Shown in pieces: positions 10,698-21,728 of a stretch of DNA of 64,000 nt. Source of the DNA: Planctomycetota bacterium (GTDB lineage Bacteria; Planctomycetota; UBA8108; SXIK01); assembly GCA_965223265.1 (NCBI GenBank), contig OZ244999.1, positions 7,840,001 through 7,904,000 of the forward strand. Reading direction: 5' to 3'. Below the pieces are notes generated by a model. It ran no database searches. It was given only the letters and a program-made list of their open reading frames with translations, and was not told where the DNA came from. Numbering within the stretch: position 1 is the first letter of the stretch; each line of letters starts with the position of its first letter. The position numbers and the translations under genes were made by a program.

Positions 10698-12137
10698 CTA
10701 GAGGCGGTACGCGCTTTTGGCCAAATCGTAGGCCGACGCGCGCATCATTTCCTCGGCGTCCAAAAAGTCGACCATACCTCCTTCGACGAGTCCGGCCAGC
10801 CAATTGGCCTCGACGCGCCGCCACAGATCATGACGAGCCGGAATCGACGGAAACGCGCGAGTGTCGTCATTGAAGCCAGCCGTATTGTAAAGCCCCGCAG
10901 TCTCGACGACACTGTCGCGATACCGCCTCATGCCTTGCACGCTATCGTAGAACCACCATGGCGGTCCGAGCTTGACGGCCGGGTAGTGACCAGCCAGCGG
11001 CGCGAGCTCGCGAGAATACGTGGTTTCGTCGAGCGTGAACAAAATGATCGTCAGGCCCGGTTCGTTGCCGAAGCGATTCAGGAGCGGTCTGAGATTGTTG
11101 GTGAAGTCCGTCGCAATCGGAATATCGCAGCCCTTGTCGGCGCCGAACTCGGCAAAGACTCGCTCGTTGTGATTACGCAGCGAGCCGCAGTGGAGCTGCA
11201 TGACGAGCCCGTCTTCGCAGCTCATGCGAGCCATTTCGATCAACATGTGACCAGTGAATCTCTTGGCGTCATCATCGCTTGCCTTACCGTCAAGAGCTCG
11301 CTGGAAAATCGACTGGGCATCGTGTTCTGAGAGCGTCTCGGTATAAGGCGTAAGTGCGGCGTGATCGGTGGCCGTAGCGCCGAGTTCCTTGAAGTATTGA
11401 CGCCGATTCTCCAGAGCGGAGACGAGTCGTTTGTAGCTGTTGACGTTGATGCCGGTGACGGCGCTCAGCGCTTCGAGGTTCTGCTTCCAGCCCGGCGCGT
11501 CGAGGTTGATCACGGCGTCGGGGCGAAACGTCGGCAGTACACGACCGTTCCAACCGGATTCGCGAATCGCCCTATGCGCATCGAGCGGGTCCGTCGCCGC
11601 GTCGGTCGTGCACAGCACCTCGATATTGAATTTCTCGAAAAGCCGCCTTGGCCTGAACTCCGGCGATGCCAGCTTCGCCTCGATGGCTTCGTAGATTTCA
11701 TCGGCGCTGTCGCGGTTCAGTTTGACGTCGATGCCAAAGACGTCGAGCAGCTCATGCGTCAGCCACATACCTGTCGGCGTGCCGCGAAAAAGATAGAAGT
11801 GCTCCGCGAACACACGCCAAATTTTGCGGTGATCCGTCTCTACGGATTCACCATCGTTTCGCGGCACCCCGAGATCTTCGAGGCGGACCCCGTGCGAATA
11901 AAGCATACGAAACACGTAGTGATCCGGGATCAGCAACAGGTCCGCAGGCGAACCAAACGAATAGTCCTCATCCGCGAACATGCGTGGATCGACGTGGCCG
12001 TGTGGACAGACCAGAGGCAGCTCCTTCACGGTGTCGTAGAGCCGCCGGGCTGTCTCTTTCTGCTTCGGATCAAGGCCGAAGTATCGGTCCTCTAGCAGTG
12101 TGATTCTCTGCTTGCTGGGCACGGGCGGTTCCTTCAC
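10698..12137 (-). CDS. uxaC: Glucuronate (uronate) isomerase
   Basis: CPHGHVDP, PDHYVFRMLYSHG, CTTD, LGPPWWFYDS and GFNDDTRAFPSIPARHD motifs. Confidence 0.95.
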   Translation of the reverse strand: MKEPPVPSKQRITLLEDRYFGLDPKQKETARRLYDTVKELPLVCPHGHVDPRMFADEDYSFGSPADLLLIPDHYVFRMLYSHGVRLEDLGVPRNDGESVETDHRKIWRVFAEHFYLFRGTPTGMWLTHELLDVFGIDVKLNRDSADEIYEAIEAKLASPEFRPRRLFEKFNIEVLCTTDAATDPLDAHRAIRESGWNGRVLPTFRPDAVINLDAPGWKQNLEALSAVTGINVNSYKRLVSALENRRQYFKELGATATDHAALTPYTETLSEHDAQSIFQRALDGKASDDDAKRFTGHMLIEMARMSCEDGLVMQLHCGSLRNHNERVFAEFGADKGCDIPIATDFTNNLRPLLNRFGNEPGLTIILFTLDETTYSRELAPLAGHYPAVKLGPPWWFYDSVQGMRRYRDSVVETAGLYNTAGFNDDTRAFPSIPARHDLWRRVEANWLAGLVEGGMVDFLDAEEMMRASAYDLAKSAYRL

Positions 12138-12227
12138 GCAGCTGATGAAAACGAACCGGAGGGCGGATCGAACAGCCCTCCGGTTGGCGAAGTGTCTCGC
12201 GCTCGTTCGCGCCCGGCGCGGCGACGA

Positions 12228-12791
12228 TCAGAGATTGAGTTTGCCAGCGAAGGACTTCTCCGCTGCCGCAAGGATCTGCTTCACTCCGTCCGCCGAAATC
12301 GCCTTTGAAAACGCAAAGTTCTTTTCGACTCTCTTCTTCGAGTAGAGAAGTACCGTATGTCGTGCGTCTTTGTTGAGCTTGTACTTCTTCGAACCGTTCA
12401 AGTTGAGCGTCATTGCAAGGCGCTTCAGCTTGTTTTTCGCCGCAAACTTCTTCAGGTCCGCCTTAGCGTTCTTGTCGTCACTGACGTACACCACGACCCC
12501 GACAGCCTTCGCGGCCCCGGGAGCCTTCGAGTTTGCGAGTAGAAGTTTTTCGATTCCCTTGGCCAGACCGGCCAAGTCGTCGTCGAGCTGACGTGCGAAG
12601 ATCAGCGCGACGGGTACATTGCCGCTCACTCATATGTAGCAAACTTTGGCACGCGACTTGAATTTCCCTGTGATATCGACGACGTCGAAAGCTGGCGTCG
12701 CCGCACCGGGTTGAAGTCCTGACTTCACCTGATCGCCCGCCATGAGCGGCAGGGCAATGAAGGTGAGCGCGATCATCGACGCGGTTCTCAT
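12228..12791 (-). CDS. Secreted thioredoxin-like protein with in-frame UGA (CYI-U); probable selenoprotein, 187 aa
   Basis: ORFs 12630-12848 and 12228-12629 are in the same frame and separated only by TGA at 12630-12632. ATG at 12791 has a GAAGGAG RBS and a signal peptide. Joined sequence reads KSGLQPG..PAFDVVDITG..KVCYI*VSGNVPVALIFAR. Confidence 0.8.
12604..12629 (-). promoter_or_regulatory. Candidate bacterial SECIS hairpin
   Basis: Directly after the UGA: GUGA-GCGGC-AAUGUACCC-GUCGC-GCU, a 5-bp stem with a GU-containing loop, extendable toward the UGA. The loop sits closer to the UGA than in canonical models. Confidence 0.4.
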
Positions 12792-13078
12792 GTCGACTCC
12801 TTCACGAAAAAAACTTCGAAACAAAACCTCGTCACGCCTCAAATTCACTTACAAGCGAGCGGAAATCATCCGGACTCGATCAGCCATCCGAACTCCGCGC
12901 GCAGAATTTCAGCACAACTACGATTTTAACCCGCAGCTTTCGTGAGTTTCTACCGCAACGCGGAAATCGAGGTCGAATCATCTCGGCCTTTACCGGCGAC
13001 TCGCCGGACATGAAGCACGTTTCGCCCGCGTGGCTACCGCGGTCAAAACCAACACGCAACCCGGGCGCCGCGGGCAGC

Positions 13079-14374
13079 TCAGTGCGGCGGACTATCGTCT
13101 TCGAGCGGATCGGCAGGCTCGCGACGGATGTGCGCGCCGAGCGCGCTGAGACGCGCCTCGATGTGTTCGTAGCCCCGATCGAGGTGATAAATCCTGTGCA
13201 CCTCCGTAATCCCAACCCCGACCAAACCGGCAAGCAAAAGCGATGCACTCGCACGCAGGTCCGACGCCATGACCGGGGCGCCACTGAGCGCCGCAACGCC
13301 ACTAATGATTGCGCTCGGGCCTTCCTTGCGAATGTTGGCGCCCATGCGCGCGAGCTCGGAGATGTGGATGAAGCGGTCCGGGTACACCTTCTCGGTGACC
13401 AAGCTAATCCCGTCGGCGAGACAAAGAAGCGCCATGATCTGCGCCTGGAGATCGGTCGGGAAGCCCGGGTACGGAAGCGTCGTCACATCGACCGAGCGAA
13501 AGCCGCCGTTGGAGCGTACGCGGATCGCATCTCCTTCGGCGGTGACGTGCAGCCCAATCTGCCGCAAAAGGTGGGTGAGCGCGGCCATGTGATCGGGTCG
13601 GCATTTGCGCACGATGACATCGCCGCGCGTAATCGCCCCGGCGATCAAAAGTGTTCCCGCCTCGATGCGGTCCGGGATCACCGAATAGTCGGCGCCTCCT
13701 AGCTCTGGCACACCATGCACCACGAGCCGCGGCGTCCCGATGCCCTCGATGCGCGCTCCCATGGCGGTCAAAAAGTTCGCCAAGTCAGCGATCTCTGGTT
13801 CGCACGCCGCCGATTCGATCACCGTTGTCCCGTGAGCCAGAACCGCCGCCATGAGAACGTTGGCCGTACCCAGTACCGTCGACCCGAACGGTCCTCCAAG
13901 AAAGACCGTCGTGCCGCGCAGCTCGTCGGCGGACGCTTCGACGTAGCCGTGTCGAATACGGATCTCCGCGCCCATGGCGGCCAGTCCCTTGAGATGCAAG
14001 TCGATCGGCCGGACGCCGAAGACGCAGCCTCCGGGCAGCGACACCTTAGCGCGCTTGCGCCGCGCTACGAGCGGACCGAGCGCGCAAACCGACGCGCGCA
14101 TCCGACGTACGTGCTCGTAGGGCGCGGTGTAGGGATCCGATGATTCCGCTTGCACGTGGATCGCCCCATCGTCGCGCCGCTCGCACTCGACACCGAGCTC
14201 ACGCAGGATCTCCATCGCGCTGCACACGTCTTTGAGGTCCGGCACGTTGCGAATCACGCACGTCTCGTCGGTGAGCAGCGACGCGAACAGGATGGGAAGC
14301 GCCGCGTTCTTGGCGCCACGCACCTCGACCGTACCCTCGAGCGGAATGCCGCCCTCGATGAGGAGCTTATCCAT
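13079..14374 (-). CDS. murA: UDP-N-acetylglucosamine 1-carboxyvinyltransferase
   Basis: GAKNAALP, MRAS, LPGGCVFGVRPIDLH (catalytic Cys), PGFPTDLQ, DLRA and HLDRGYE motifs. Confidence 0.97.
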   Translation of the reverse strand: MDKLLIEGGIPLEGTVEVRGAKNAALPILFASLLTDETCVIRNVPDLKDVCSAMEILRELGVECERRDDGAIHVQAESSDPYTAPYEHVRRMRASVCALGPLVARRKRAKVSLPGGCVFGVRPIDLHLKGLAAMGAEIRIRHGYVEASADELRGTTVFLGGPFGSTVLGTANVLMAAVLAHGTTVIESAACEPEIADLANFLTAMGARIEGIGTPRLVVHGVPELGGADYSVIPDRIEAGTLLIAGAITRGDVIVRKCRPDHMAALTHLLRQIGLHVTAEGDAIRVRSNGGFRSVDVTTLPYPGFPTDLQAQIMALLCLADGISLVTEKVYPDRFIHISELARMGANIRKEGPSAIISGVAALSGAPVMASDLRASASLLLAGLVGVGITEVHRIYHLDRGYEHIEARLSALGAHIRREPADPLEDDSPPH

Positions 14375-14696
14375 GGGTCTCCACTTCTTCTTTCTCTTCT
14401 CTTTCCCTTCTGCCTCTTCTTCTTCGGCTGACCGCCTGACGCGCGCTCGTCCAGAAGCACCTCAACCCAGCCGGGCAAACTCAGCCGCCGGTATCTCCTC
14501 CTCGTCCGCCGTCTCTTCTCTGGTCTCCTCCATCTTCCTCTTCAAGGCGGGGCGCTGCCAACCGTCGCCGACGCAGCTGGCCACAATCTTACTTCGGGTG
14601 GCGTGCGAATTTCTCGTAAATTCCTGGAGGACCGGACGCCCACAGCAGCGCCCCAACGGGAGCGTGAACGCACGAGGTCACGCAGCGAAAACGCGC

Positions 14697-15593
14697 TCAC
14701 ATCTCGGCGAGCAACACCCGTCTCACGCCGCTCAGGTCGTCCCGGCCGCCTCGAACCTTCCAGAACGCTTGCTGCAGGAGCGCCGCGACCGCCTCCGATT
14801 GGCCCTCCCCGACTTCAAGAACGAGCACGCCGCCGGACGCCATGTGTGGCCGCAGGCTCGACGCGATTTCGCGATAGAACCCTAGTCCATCGCCCGCGTC
14901 ACTCTTGGTGTCGACGAGAGCTTCACGCGGCTCGTACTGCCGCACGTCGGGCATTAAGTGCGGGTACTCGAGCTCGGTGACGTACGGAGGATTGGAGACG
15001 ACGACGTCGTAGGAGCGCTGAGACGGCGGCAGGGCCGCGCACAGATCGCCCGTGTGGAAACGAATGCGGTCGGCGACGGAGTGCGCCGCGGCGTTGCGCC
15101 TCGCCACGGCGACGGCGGCGGGGCTCTGGTCGACGGCGTCGGCAGTGCAGTCGACCGAATTGACCAGCACGGACACCACTATGTTGCCGCAGCCTGTGCC
15201 CAAGTCGAGGAGGCGAGCGCCAGTGCTCCGGTTGGCGAGTTCCTCGAGGGCGCACTCGACGACGTGCTCCGTCTCCGGGCGAGGCACGAGAACGCTGGCG
15301 TCGACTTCGAAGACGAGAGAGTAAAACTCGCGCCGACCGACGATGTAAGCGACCGGCTCGCGCCGTGCGCGGCGCGCGACGAGTTCCCGGTAGCGGCCGC
15401 GCTCCTCTGGATCCACGAAGCGACGAAATCCGGTGTAGAGCTCGAGTCTCGTGCAGCCGATCGCCTCGGCCAAGAGGATCTCAGCGTCCAGGCGGGGTGA
15501 GTCCAGCCGCAGCCGAGCAAAATAGTCCTCGGTCCAGTTCAGCAGCTCGCCGACGGTCCAGTGTTCGGGCAGTTGCTTCTCGGTTGTGATCAT
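14697..15593 (-). CDS. prmC: Release factor glutamine methyltransferase PrmC/HemK
   Basis: REPVAYIVG, LVPRPETE, LDLGTGCG and SNPPY motifs; follows prfA. Frame is open up to 15662, so the start is uncertain. Confidence 0.95.
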   Translation of the reverse strand: MITTEKQLPEHWTVGELLNWTEDYFARLRLDSPRLDAEILLAEAIGCTRLELYTGFRRFVDPEERGRYRELVARRARREPVAYIVGRREFYSLVFEVDASVLVPRPETEHVVECALEELANRSTGARLLDLGTGCGNIVVSVLVNSVDCTADAVDQSPAAVAVARRNAAAHSVADRIRFHTGDLCAALPPSQRSYDVVVSNPPYVTELEYPHLMPDVRQYEPREALVDTKSDAGDGLGFYREIASSLRPHMASGGVLVLEVGEGQSEAVAALLQQAFWKVRGGRDDLSGVRRVLLAEM

Positions 15594-15658
15594 ACGCTCG
15601 GTGACCAGTTCACCACCGCCGCCTTGAACGACACCGCGAGATCTTCGCCTGGCGCGGC

Positions 15659-16762
15659 TCACTCACCTCGCAGACGCTGCTGACGATCGTAACTGCGAAG
15701 TGCAGCGAAGACGGATTCCATCTCGCCCTGCTGCAGCACGCGGTCCAGGTTGAAATTCTGTCCGATGCGGTGGTCGGTGACGCGGTTCTGGGGGAAGTTG
15801 TACGTGCGAATGCGTTGGTTTCGGTCCCCTGAGCCGATCTGGCTACGCCGCTGCGACTGCTCCTTTTCGCGACGTTGATTCTCGAAGTGCTCATAGAGTC
15901 GGCTGCGAAGAACCCGCATGGCTCGGGCGCGGTTCTTGTGCTGTGAGGACTCCTCTTGGATCGCGACCACGATTCCTGTCGGGTGATGCGTGATGCGAAC
16001 GGCTGAGGCGGTCTTGTTGACCTTCTGACCGCCCGGACCAGAGGCGCGGTAGAAGTCGACTCGGAGATCAGACTCCTTGACGTCGATCTCGACTTCCTCC
16101 GGTTCACCCATGACTGCGACGGTCGCCGCGGATGTGTGGATCCGACCGCTGGTTTCCGTCGTGGGGACACGCTGCACTCGATGCCCACCCATCTCGTAGC
16201 GTAAGTCACGGAATACTGACTCCCCGGTCACACTGAAGATGATCTCCTTGAAGCCGCCGAGATCCGTTGGCGATGCATCAAGAGGCTCGATCTTCCACGA
16301 GCGCGATTCGGCGTAGTGAGAATACATGCGAAAGAGATCGGCCACAAAGAGCGCCGCCTCATCGCCCCCGGTACCCGCCCGAATCTCCATGATGACGTTC
16401 CGATCGGAGTCTTTGTCTTCGACGAGAACCATCTCCAGCAGCTGGTCGCCGATTTCGGCAACCAGTGGCGTGCTGCGCTCCACCTCTTCCGCCGCCATCT
16501 GCCGCAGCTCGGGGTCTTCCGACTCCGATGCCGCCAGGGCAGCGTTTTCCGTCAACTCCTTTTCCAGCTGCGTGTAGGTGTCGAACTTTTCGACTTTCTT
16601 GCGTAGCGCGCCAAGTTCACGACTATACTTTTTCAACCGCACGTGATCCGCGATCACCTCTGGACTCGCGATGAGTTCCTGAAGCTCGTCGTAGCGGCCT
16701 CGCAGCTGCTCTAAATTCTCACGCACGGCCGCTGGCAGCGCGCCCTCTTTGTTGTCCGCCAT
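15659..16762 (-). CDS. prfA: Peptide chain release factor 1
   Basis: [20 protein letters not shown] (PxT motif of RF1), [19 protein letters not shown]. Confidence 0.97.
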   Translation of the reverse strand: MADNKEGALPAAVRENLEQLRGRYDELQELIASPEVIADHVRLKKYSRELGALRKKVEKFDTYTQLEKELTENAALAASESEDPELRQMAAEEVERSTPLVAEIGDQLLEMVLVEDKDSDRNVIMEIRAGTGGDEAALFVADLFRMYSHYAESRSWKIEPLDASPTDLGGFKEIIFSVTGESVFRDLRYEMGGHRVQRVPTTETSGRIHTSAATVAVMGEPEEVEIDVKESDLRVDFYRASGPGGQKVNKTASAVRITHHPTGIVVAIQEESSQHKNRARAMRVLRSRLYEHFENQRREKEQSQRRSQIGSGDRNQRIRTYNFPQNRVTDHRIGQNFNLDRVLQQGEMESVFAALRSYDRQQRLRGE

Positions 16763-17127
16763 GCTGCTTTTCGCTGGGGAGAACGCGTCGTGGCTAGACG
16801 ACGCATGGGTTGTTTCGGACGCTCCTCTCGCTGCCGCCGGGGCGGGGCGTCCCGTTCTTCGGCGCGGAACGTGGCCAGCACACAGAGACCGTCAAGAAGA
16901 TTGCCTTTCGTCTTCGGTAGCGCCGCTTCGTGGCCGCGAGCTGAGTCAGACAGCAAGCCGCCAAATCCGAGTCGCGAAGAAAAACGCCCAGCGCCGCGTT
17001 ACGGTAACGTGTGCGGCGATCATATCGCGCCGCGATCATAGTGCGGTGTTTCGTTCCCGCGGGCAGTGCCGACACGATCGGGGGAACGGCTCGTCGACCG
17101 AACGCGAAACGGCCAAACTCGAGACTG

Positions 17128-17541
17128 CTAGCTCTCGCCGGACGGCTGCTCCGCCGGTTTCTCGGTTGCAGAAGGCTCGGCTGCCGTCTTCTTCGGCGGG
17201 GACGCGGCCCTCTTCCCCTTCTTTCCCTGCTCCTCTGGCTCCACGTCCTTTCGCTTCTTGGCGCGCGGAACACCAACGGTCACTTTCTCGCGCTTGGCCT
17301 TGACGTTCTTCTTCTTCGTCAGAACTTGATCCATGCTCTCCTTCGACCAAGCGTGACGGCTCTGGAACTTCTCGACTCGGCCGGCGGCATCGACGAACTT
17401 CTGCTTGCCGGTGTAGAAGGGGTGACAGTTTGAACAGATTTCAACGCTGAGATTCGGGACAGTGGCGCGAGTGACGAATGTGTTGCCACAGCCGCACGTC
17501 ACGGCGCATTCAACGTAGCGTGGGTGGATCCCTTCTTTCAT
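17128..17541 (-). CDS. rpmE: 50S ribosomal protein L31 (Zn-binding type) with long C-terminal tail
   Basis: [13 protein letters not shown]...[24 protein letters not shown]. Confidence 0.96.
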   Translation of the reverse strand: MKEGIHPRYVECAVTCGCGNTFVTRATVPNLSVEICSNCHPFYTGKQKFVDAAGRVEKFQSRHAWSKESMDQVLTKKKNVKAKREKVTVGVPRAKKRKDVEPEEQGKKGKRAASPPKKTAAEPSATEKPAEQPSGES

Positions 17542-17711
17542 CGGTCCGAGCTCCTTAGAGTGCCAAAAGGGGGACCCAAATATACTGCCGCCCCGCGGCC
17601 AGTTCCAAGGATTTCTCGTGCCCCATATTCCCGGACTGCGCTGGCCGCGAGCCCGAGTTCGGTCAGGCCCGCCCGGACAGCGCGATCGCAGCCGCGGGCT
17701 CGGCCCTCGCC

Positions 17712-19013
17712 TTATGCGGTTTCCCGGCGCGTCCTGCCCTTGCGCGTCACCTTTTTGCCGCGTCCGAAGGACTGGTGCCGCACCATATCCGGGGTGACGA
17801 CGAACTCGGAGATCTTTCCCGCCTGATCCGGGATCTCGTACATGGAGTCGAGCATCACTTCTTCCATGATCGCCCGGAGCCCCCGCGCTCCTGTGCCGCG
17901 CTCGAACGCTCGTTTGGCGATCGCGCGAAGAGCCTTGTCGGTGAAGCTCAACTTGACGTCGTTGAGGGAAAAGAGTGCCTGGTACTGTCGCACGAGGGCA
18001 TCTCGGGGCTCGGTCAGCACCCGGACGAGATCCTCTTGCGAGAGCGGATCGAGGGTGCTCAGCAGAGGCAAACGACCGAGGAACTCCGGGATCATCCCGA
18101 ACTGCACGAGATCTTCGACCTCGACTTGGCGCAGCAGGCGCCGGCGGGCCTCGAGATCCTCTTTGTCGATGCGACCGACGACCGGGTTGAAGCCGATCAT
18201 CTTCTGCCCGACGCGGTTGGCGACGATGTCCTCCAGTCCGGAAAAGGTGCCACCCACGATGAAGAGAATGTTGCGGGTGTCGACTTGGATGTACTGCTGC
18301 TCTGGGTGCTTGCGGCCACCCTGCGGCGGCACGTTGGCGACCGTTCCCTCGAGCAGCTTGAGGAGGCTTTGCTGCACCCCTTCGCCCGAGACGTCGCGGG
18401 TGATCGAGACGTTTTGGGTCGCCCGGGCGACCTTGTCGATCTCGTCGACGAAGATGATCCCCTGTTCGGCGCGTTCGATGTCGAAATCCGCAGCCTGAAG
18501 TAGCTTCAGAATCAGGTTTTCGACATCCTCGCCGACGTAGCCGGCCTCGGTCAGTGTCGTGGCATCGCCGATGGCAAATGGCACCTTGAGAATGCTCGCC
18601 ATGGTTCGCGCCAGCGCCGTCTTGCCACAGCCCGTCGGGCCGATCAGGAGGATATTACTCTTCTCAACCTCGACTTCATTGCCCGCCTCAGAGCGGTCAC
18701 GAACGAGCAGCCGTTTGTAGTGGTTGTGTACCGCGACGGAGAGCACCTTCTTGGCGTGGTCCTGCCCGATGATCGTCTCCCCAAGTTTGTCGAAGATCGC
18801 TCTCGGCGTTGGTATCTGCTCCAGGTAGAGCGGCGGTGGCGCAGCCTCGTCGTCGTTCTCGTGCAGAATCGAGTGGCAAATCTCGACACAGCGATTGCAA
18901 ATATAGATTCCCGGCTTACCGGCAATCAGCTTGTCGACCTGGTGTTTCGTCGAGTCGCAAAAGGCGCAGCGCTCTACATTCGACCGCCCTCGGCCACCAC
19001 CACTTCGTGTCAT
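17712..19013 (-). CDS. clpX: ATP-dependent Clp protease ATP-binding subunit ClpX
   Basis: C4 zinc finger, [32 protein letters not shown] and IGF loop. Confidence 0.97.
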   Translation of the reverse strand: MTRSGGGRGRSNVERCAFCDSTKHQVDKLIAGKPGIYICNRCVEICHSILHENDDEAAPPPLYLEQIPTPRAIFDKLGETIIGQDHAKKVLSVAVHNHYKRLLVRDRSEAGNEVEVEKSNILLIGPTGCGKTALARTMASILKVPFAIGDATTLTEAGYVGEDVENLILKLLQAADFDIERAEQGIIFVDEIDKVARATQNVSITRDVSGEGVQQSLLKLLEGTVANVPPQGGRKHPEQQYIQVDTRNILFIVGGTFSGLEDIVANRVGQKMIGFNPVVGRIDKEDLEARRRLLRQVEVEDLVQFGMIPEFLGRLPLLSTLDPLSQEDLVRVLTEPRDALVRQYQALFSLNDVKLSFTDKALRAIAKRAFERGTGARGLRAIMEEVMLDSMYEIPDQAGKISEFVVTPDMVRHQSFGRGKKVTRKGRTRRETA

Positions 19014-19022
19014 GTTGATACT

Positions 19023-19625
19023 CTAGTTTGATTTACCCTTGAGGGAGTCAATGACTTCATCGACTAAGCCGTATTCCTTCGCCTGCATTGGCGACATGAA
19101 ATAGTCCCGATCGCAGTCTTCGATGATCTTGTCGAGCTCGTGCCCGGTGTGCTTGGCGAGAATCGAAGAAAGCGTCGTCTTGTTGCGCGCCAGCTCGCGC
19201 GCCTGAATCTCGATGTCCGCAGCAGTACCACCGGTGCCGCCCCACGGCTGGTGGATCATGATGCGCGCGTTGGGCAGCGAGTGGCGCTTGCCGGTCGTAC
19301 CGGCTGCCAACAGCACCGCGCCCATGCTGGCGGCCTGGCCGATGCAGTAAGTCGCAATGTCGCACGGGACGAACTGCAGCGTATCGTAAATCGCCAAGCC
19401 CGCGGTCACCGAGCCGCCCGGAGTATTGATGTAGACGTTGATGTCCTGGTTCTTGTTGTCGCTCATGAGAAATAGGATCTGCGCGATCACAAGCGACGAA
19501 GAGTAGTCGTCGATCGACGGACCGATAAAAATAATGCGGTCCTTCAGAAGACGAGAGTAAATGTCATACGAACGTTCCCCGCGGCCGGTCTTCTCGATGA
19601 CGATGGGAACCAGGTTTGAATTCAT
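19023..19625 (-). CDS. clpP: ATP-dependent Clp protease proteolytic subunit
   Basis: [32 protein letters not shown] and MIHQP motifs. Alternative start at 19649. Confidence 0.97.
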   Translation of the reverse strand: MNSNLVPIVIEKTGRGERSYDIYSRLLKDRIIFIGPSIDDYSSSLVIAQILFLMSDNKNQDINVYINTPGGSVTAGLAIYDTLQFVPCDIATYCIGQAASMGAVLLAAGTTGKRHSLPNARIMIHQPWGGTGGTAADIEIQARELARNKTTLSSILAKHTGHELDKIIEDCDRDYFMSPMQAKEYGLVDEVIDSLKGKSN

Positions 19626-19790
19626 GGGATGCGACTCCTCAGCTTGCATGGGTGGAAGTTCCTCATTTCTGCGGGCGGCGTGAACAGCCGAATCAATCCA
19701 TCCTGCGGCTGCATCTCCGCACTTCATCGCATGTCAGCCGCCCAGATGTTCCGCCGTTTGGGATGCTTCGGCAGATCGACGGCAGCAGGT

Positions 19791-21236
19791 TCAAGCCTCC
19801 GCTTGAGAATCTTCGTGGGTGTTTTCTCGGCCCTCTCCACCCTCCTTCGAGTTTTCCGCTTCGTCCTTCGTCTCCCCACCAGCACGTTTCGCCTTTTCGC
19901 GTAGGTACTTGCGCACTTTCTCATGCCGTAGCAACTGCCGCGTCTCACTCAGCCCGCCGTCGGCCTTGAGGCGTGACCTGAGGTCTGCAGGCGAGACCCC
20001 GTACTGCGCGGAAAGCTCATCGATGTAACGGGAGACATCACCTTCGGTGGCAAAGATCTTCTCCTTCTCGGCGACCTTCTCAAGAATGAAGAACTTCTTC
20101 GCCGCCAGCCGCACTTTCGCTTCCGCTTCTTCCTTCTCCTCGCCTCCCTGCTCGGCGAGCGCCTTGGTAATCCTCTCGTCGACTTCCGCCTCAGGCACCC
20201 CCTGCCGCAGTAGCTCGTGCTTCAGCTCGCGCTGTTGACGCTGAAGCTGCACACGCACGAGTCCCTCAGGCACGTCCATCTCGGTGGCCGCGGCGAGTTG
20301 GTCGAGAACCTTCTCCTCCACGGCACGATTCTCCTCTTCTTGGCGCCGCTTCTCGAGGCGCTCGCGCAGTGAGCCTTTGAGCTTCTCGACGTTCTCCTCG
20401 CCGATCTTCTCGGCGAATTCGTCGTTGATCTCTGGGAGCGTTTGCCGAAATGCGTGCTCCGCGGTGAACTCAAGACGCACTTTTTGACCGTGCAGCACCT
20501 CGTCGGAAAACGTCTCCGGTACCGTGACTTCGATCTTGATAGGACCTTCGGCGGTCAAATCCCAGGTCTTGAACTGCTCCTCAAGGTCATCGACGAGGAA
20601 AGAATCAATGACGTTACTTCGCGGCTGAAAATGGACGTCTTGCTTGTCTTTCACCTCGGCGTCGTCGCGGTAAAGGACGTACGACCCGCTCAAGTAGTCG
20701 TCCGCTTGCACCCCTTCCTCGAAGGCGACCGGCTTCAGCTCTCCGAGACGTCGACGCAGCGCTTCGAGCTCCTCGTCGACGTCCGCCGACGTGACGGCGG
20801 CACTGCGATCGGAATCATCGACCTCCACGCCCTTGTACTTGGGCAGATCAAATTCGGGGTGGACCTCAAACGCAGCCTCGTAGGTGAGATCCGCGTCCGG
20901 CGCGAACTCAACCTGGTCGAACTCCGGAAACGAATAGACCTTCAGGTTGTTTCCGTCGATCACCTCGGAAAAAGAGGTCCGCAGTAGGTTCTCCTTCACT
21001 TCCGACTCGATCTCCTCACCGAAGCGCGCTTCCAGTAGGCGCCGCGGAACCCGACCCGGACGAAACCCCGGCAAACGAACTGACTTCGTCAGATCGCGAT
21101 AGTTGCGGTCGAGCTCCTCCTTGACCTTCTCGCTCGGCACAGTCGCTTTCATGCGACGCTTACAGCCTCCGAGCTCTTCGATCTCGGCTTGTGTGCCTAA
21201 AGAATCTTCAGTGGGGTTTTCGGTTTCCGTTTGCAT
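19791..21236 (-). CDS. tig: Trigger factor
   Basis: LPGFRPGRVP ribosome-binding signature; upstream of clpP-clpX. Confidence 0.93.
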   Translation of the reverse strand: MQTETENPTEDSLGTQAEIEELGGCKRRMKATVPSEKVKEELDRNYRDLTKSVRLPGFRPGRVPRRLLEARFGEEIESEVKENLLRTSFSEVIDGNNLKVYSFPEFDQVEFAPDADLTYEAAFEVHPEFDLPKYKGVEVDDSDRSAAVTSADVDEELEALRRRLGELKPVAFEEGVQADDYLSGSYVLYRDDAEVKDKQDVHFQPRSNVIDSFLVDDLEEQFKTWDLTAEGPIKIEVTVPETFSDEVLHGQKVRLEFTAEHAFRQTLPEINDEFAEKIGEENVEKLKGSLRERLEKRRQEEENRAVEEKVLDQLAAATEMDVPEGLVRVQLQRQQRELKHELLRQGVPEAEVDERITKALAEQGGEEKEEAEAKVRLAAKKFFILEKVAEKEKIFATEGDVSRYIDELSAQYGVSPADLRSRLKADGGLSETRQLLRHEKVRKYLREKAKRAGGETKDEAENSKEGGEGRENTHEDSQAEA

Positions 21237-21728
21237 CTCAGGTCGTTCCTCTTTTCTCGCCAGTCAACACGTCTCTCGCGTGTCGATCGAAGACTCAGCG
21301 AGATCGTTTGTCGAACGTTTTTCTTCTGCGTTCGACTTTCCGGTAGGCGAAAACCAACACGCCTCCTTCGCCGTGTCTCCGCCTTCATTTTCGTAGGGCG
21401 CCTTCATTTCGTGGGGTCTTCAGTGGCGACCCTCAAATCGTGGCCGTTCAGTCGTTCGCCGGCACCGCTTCGTGAACTCCTGCGAGACACCGCAGGTGAC
21501 GCGGCGAGTCACACGGCGGACCCCGGCTAACTCGAGGCGTGCACACCTCATAGAGTTACCGGTAATATATCCGTGGAATGGGCGGTTGCAATACATCCGC
21601 TTCAGAAAGCCATGCACGATGCGCCACGCCGGCAGCGCTCGAATTGACAAACGCCGCTTTCCGGCAAGAAAACCGCGGTGAGGAACCGTGGTGAGAAACG
21701 CGACGCGACGATCAACACGGGCGAGGCC

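Noticed and set aside
14614-21482. Similar CAGGARTTYACGA words upstream of murA and tig
   Set aside because: Only two imperfect instances; cannot be distinguished from chance.
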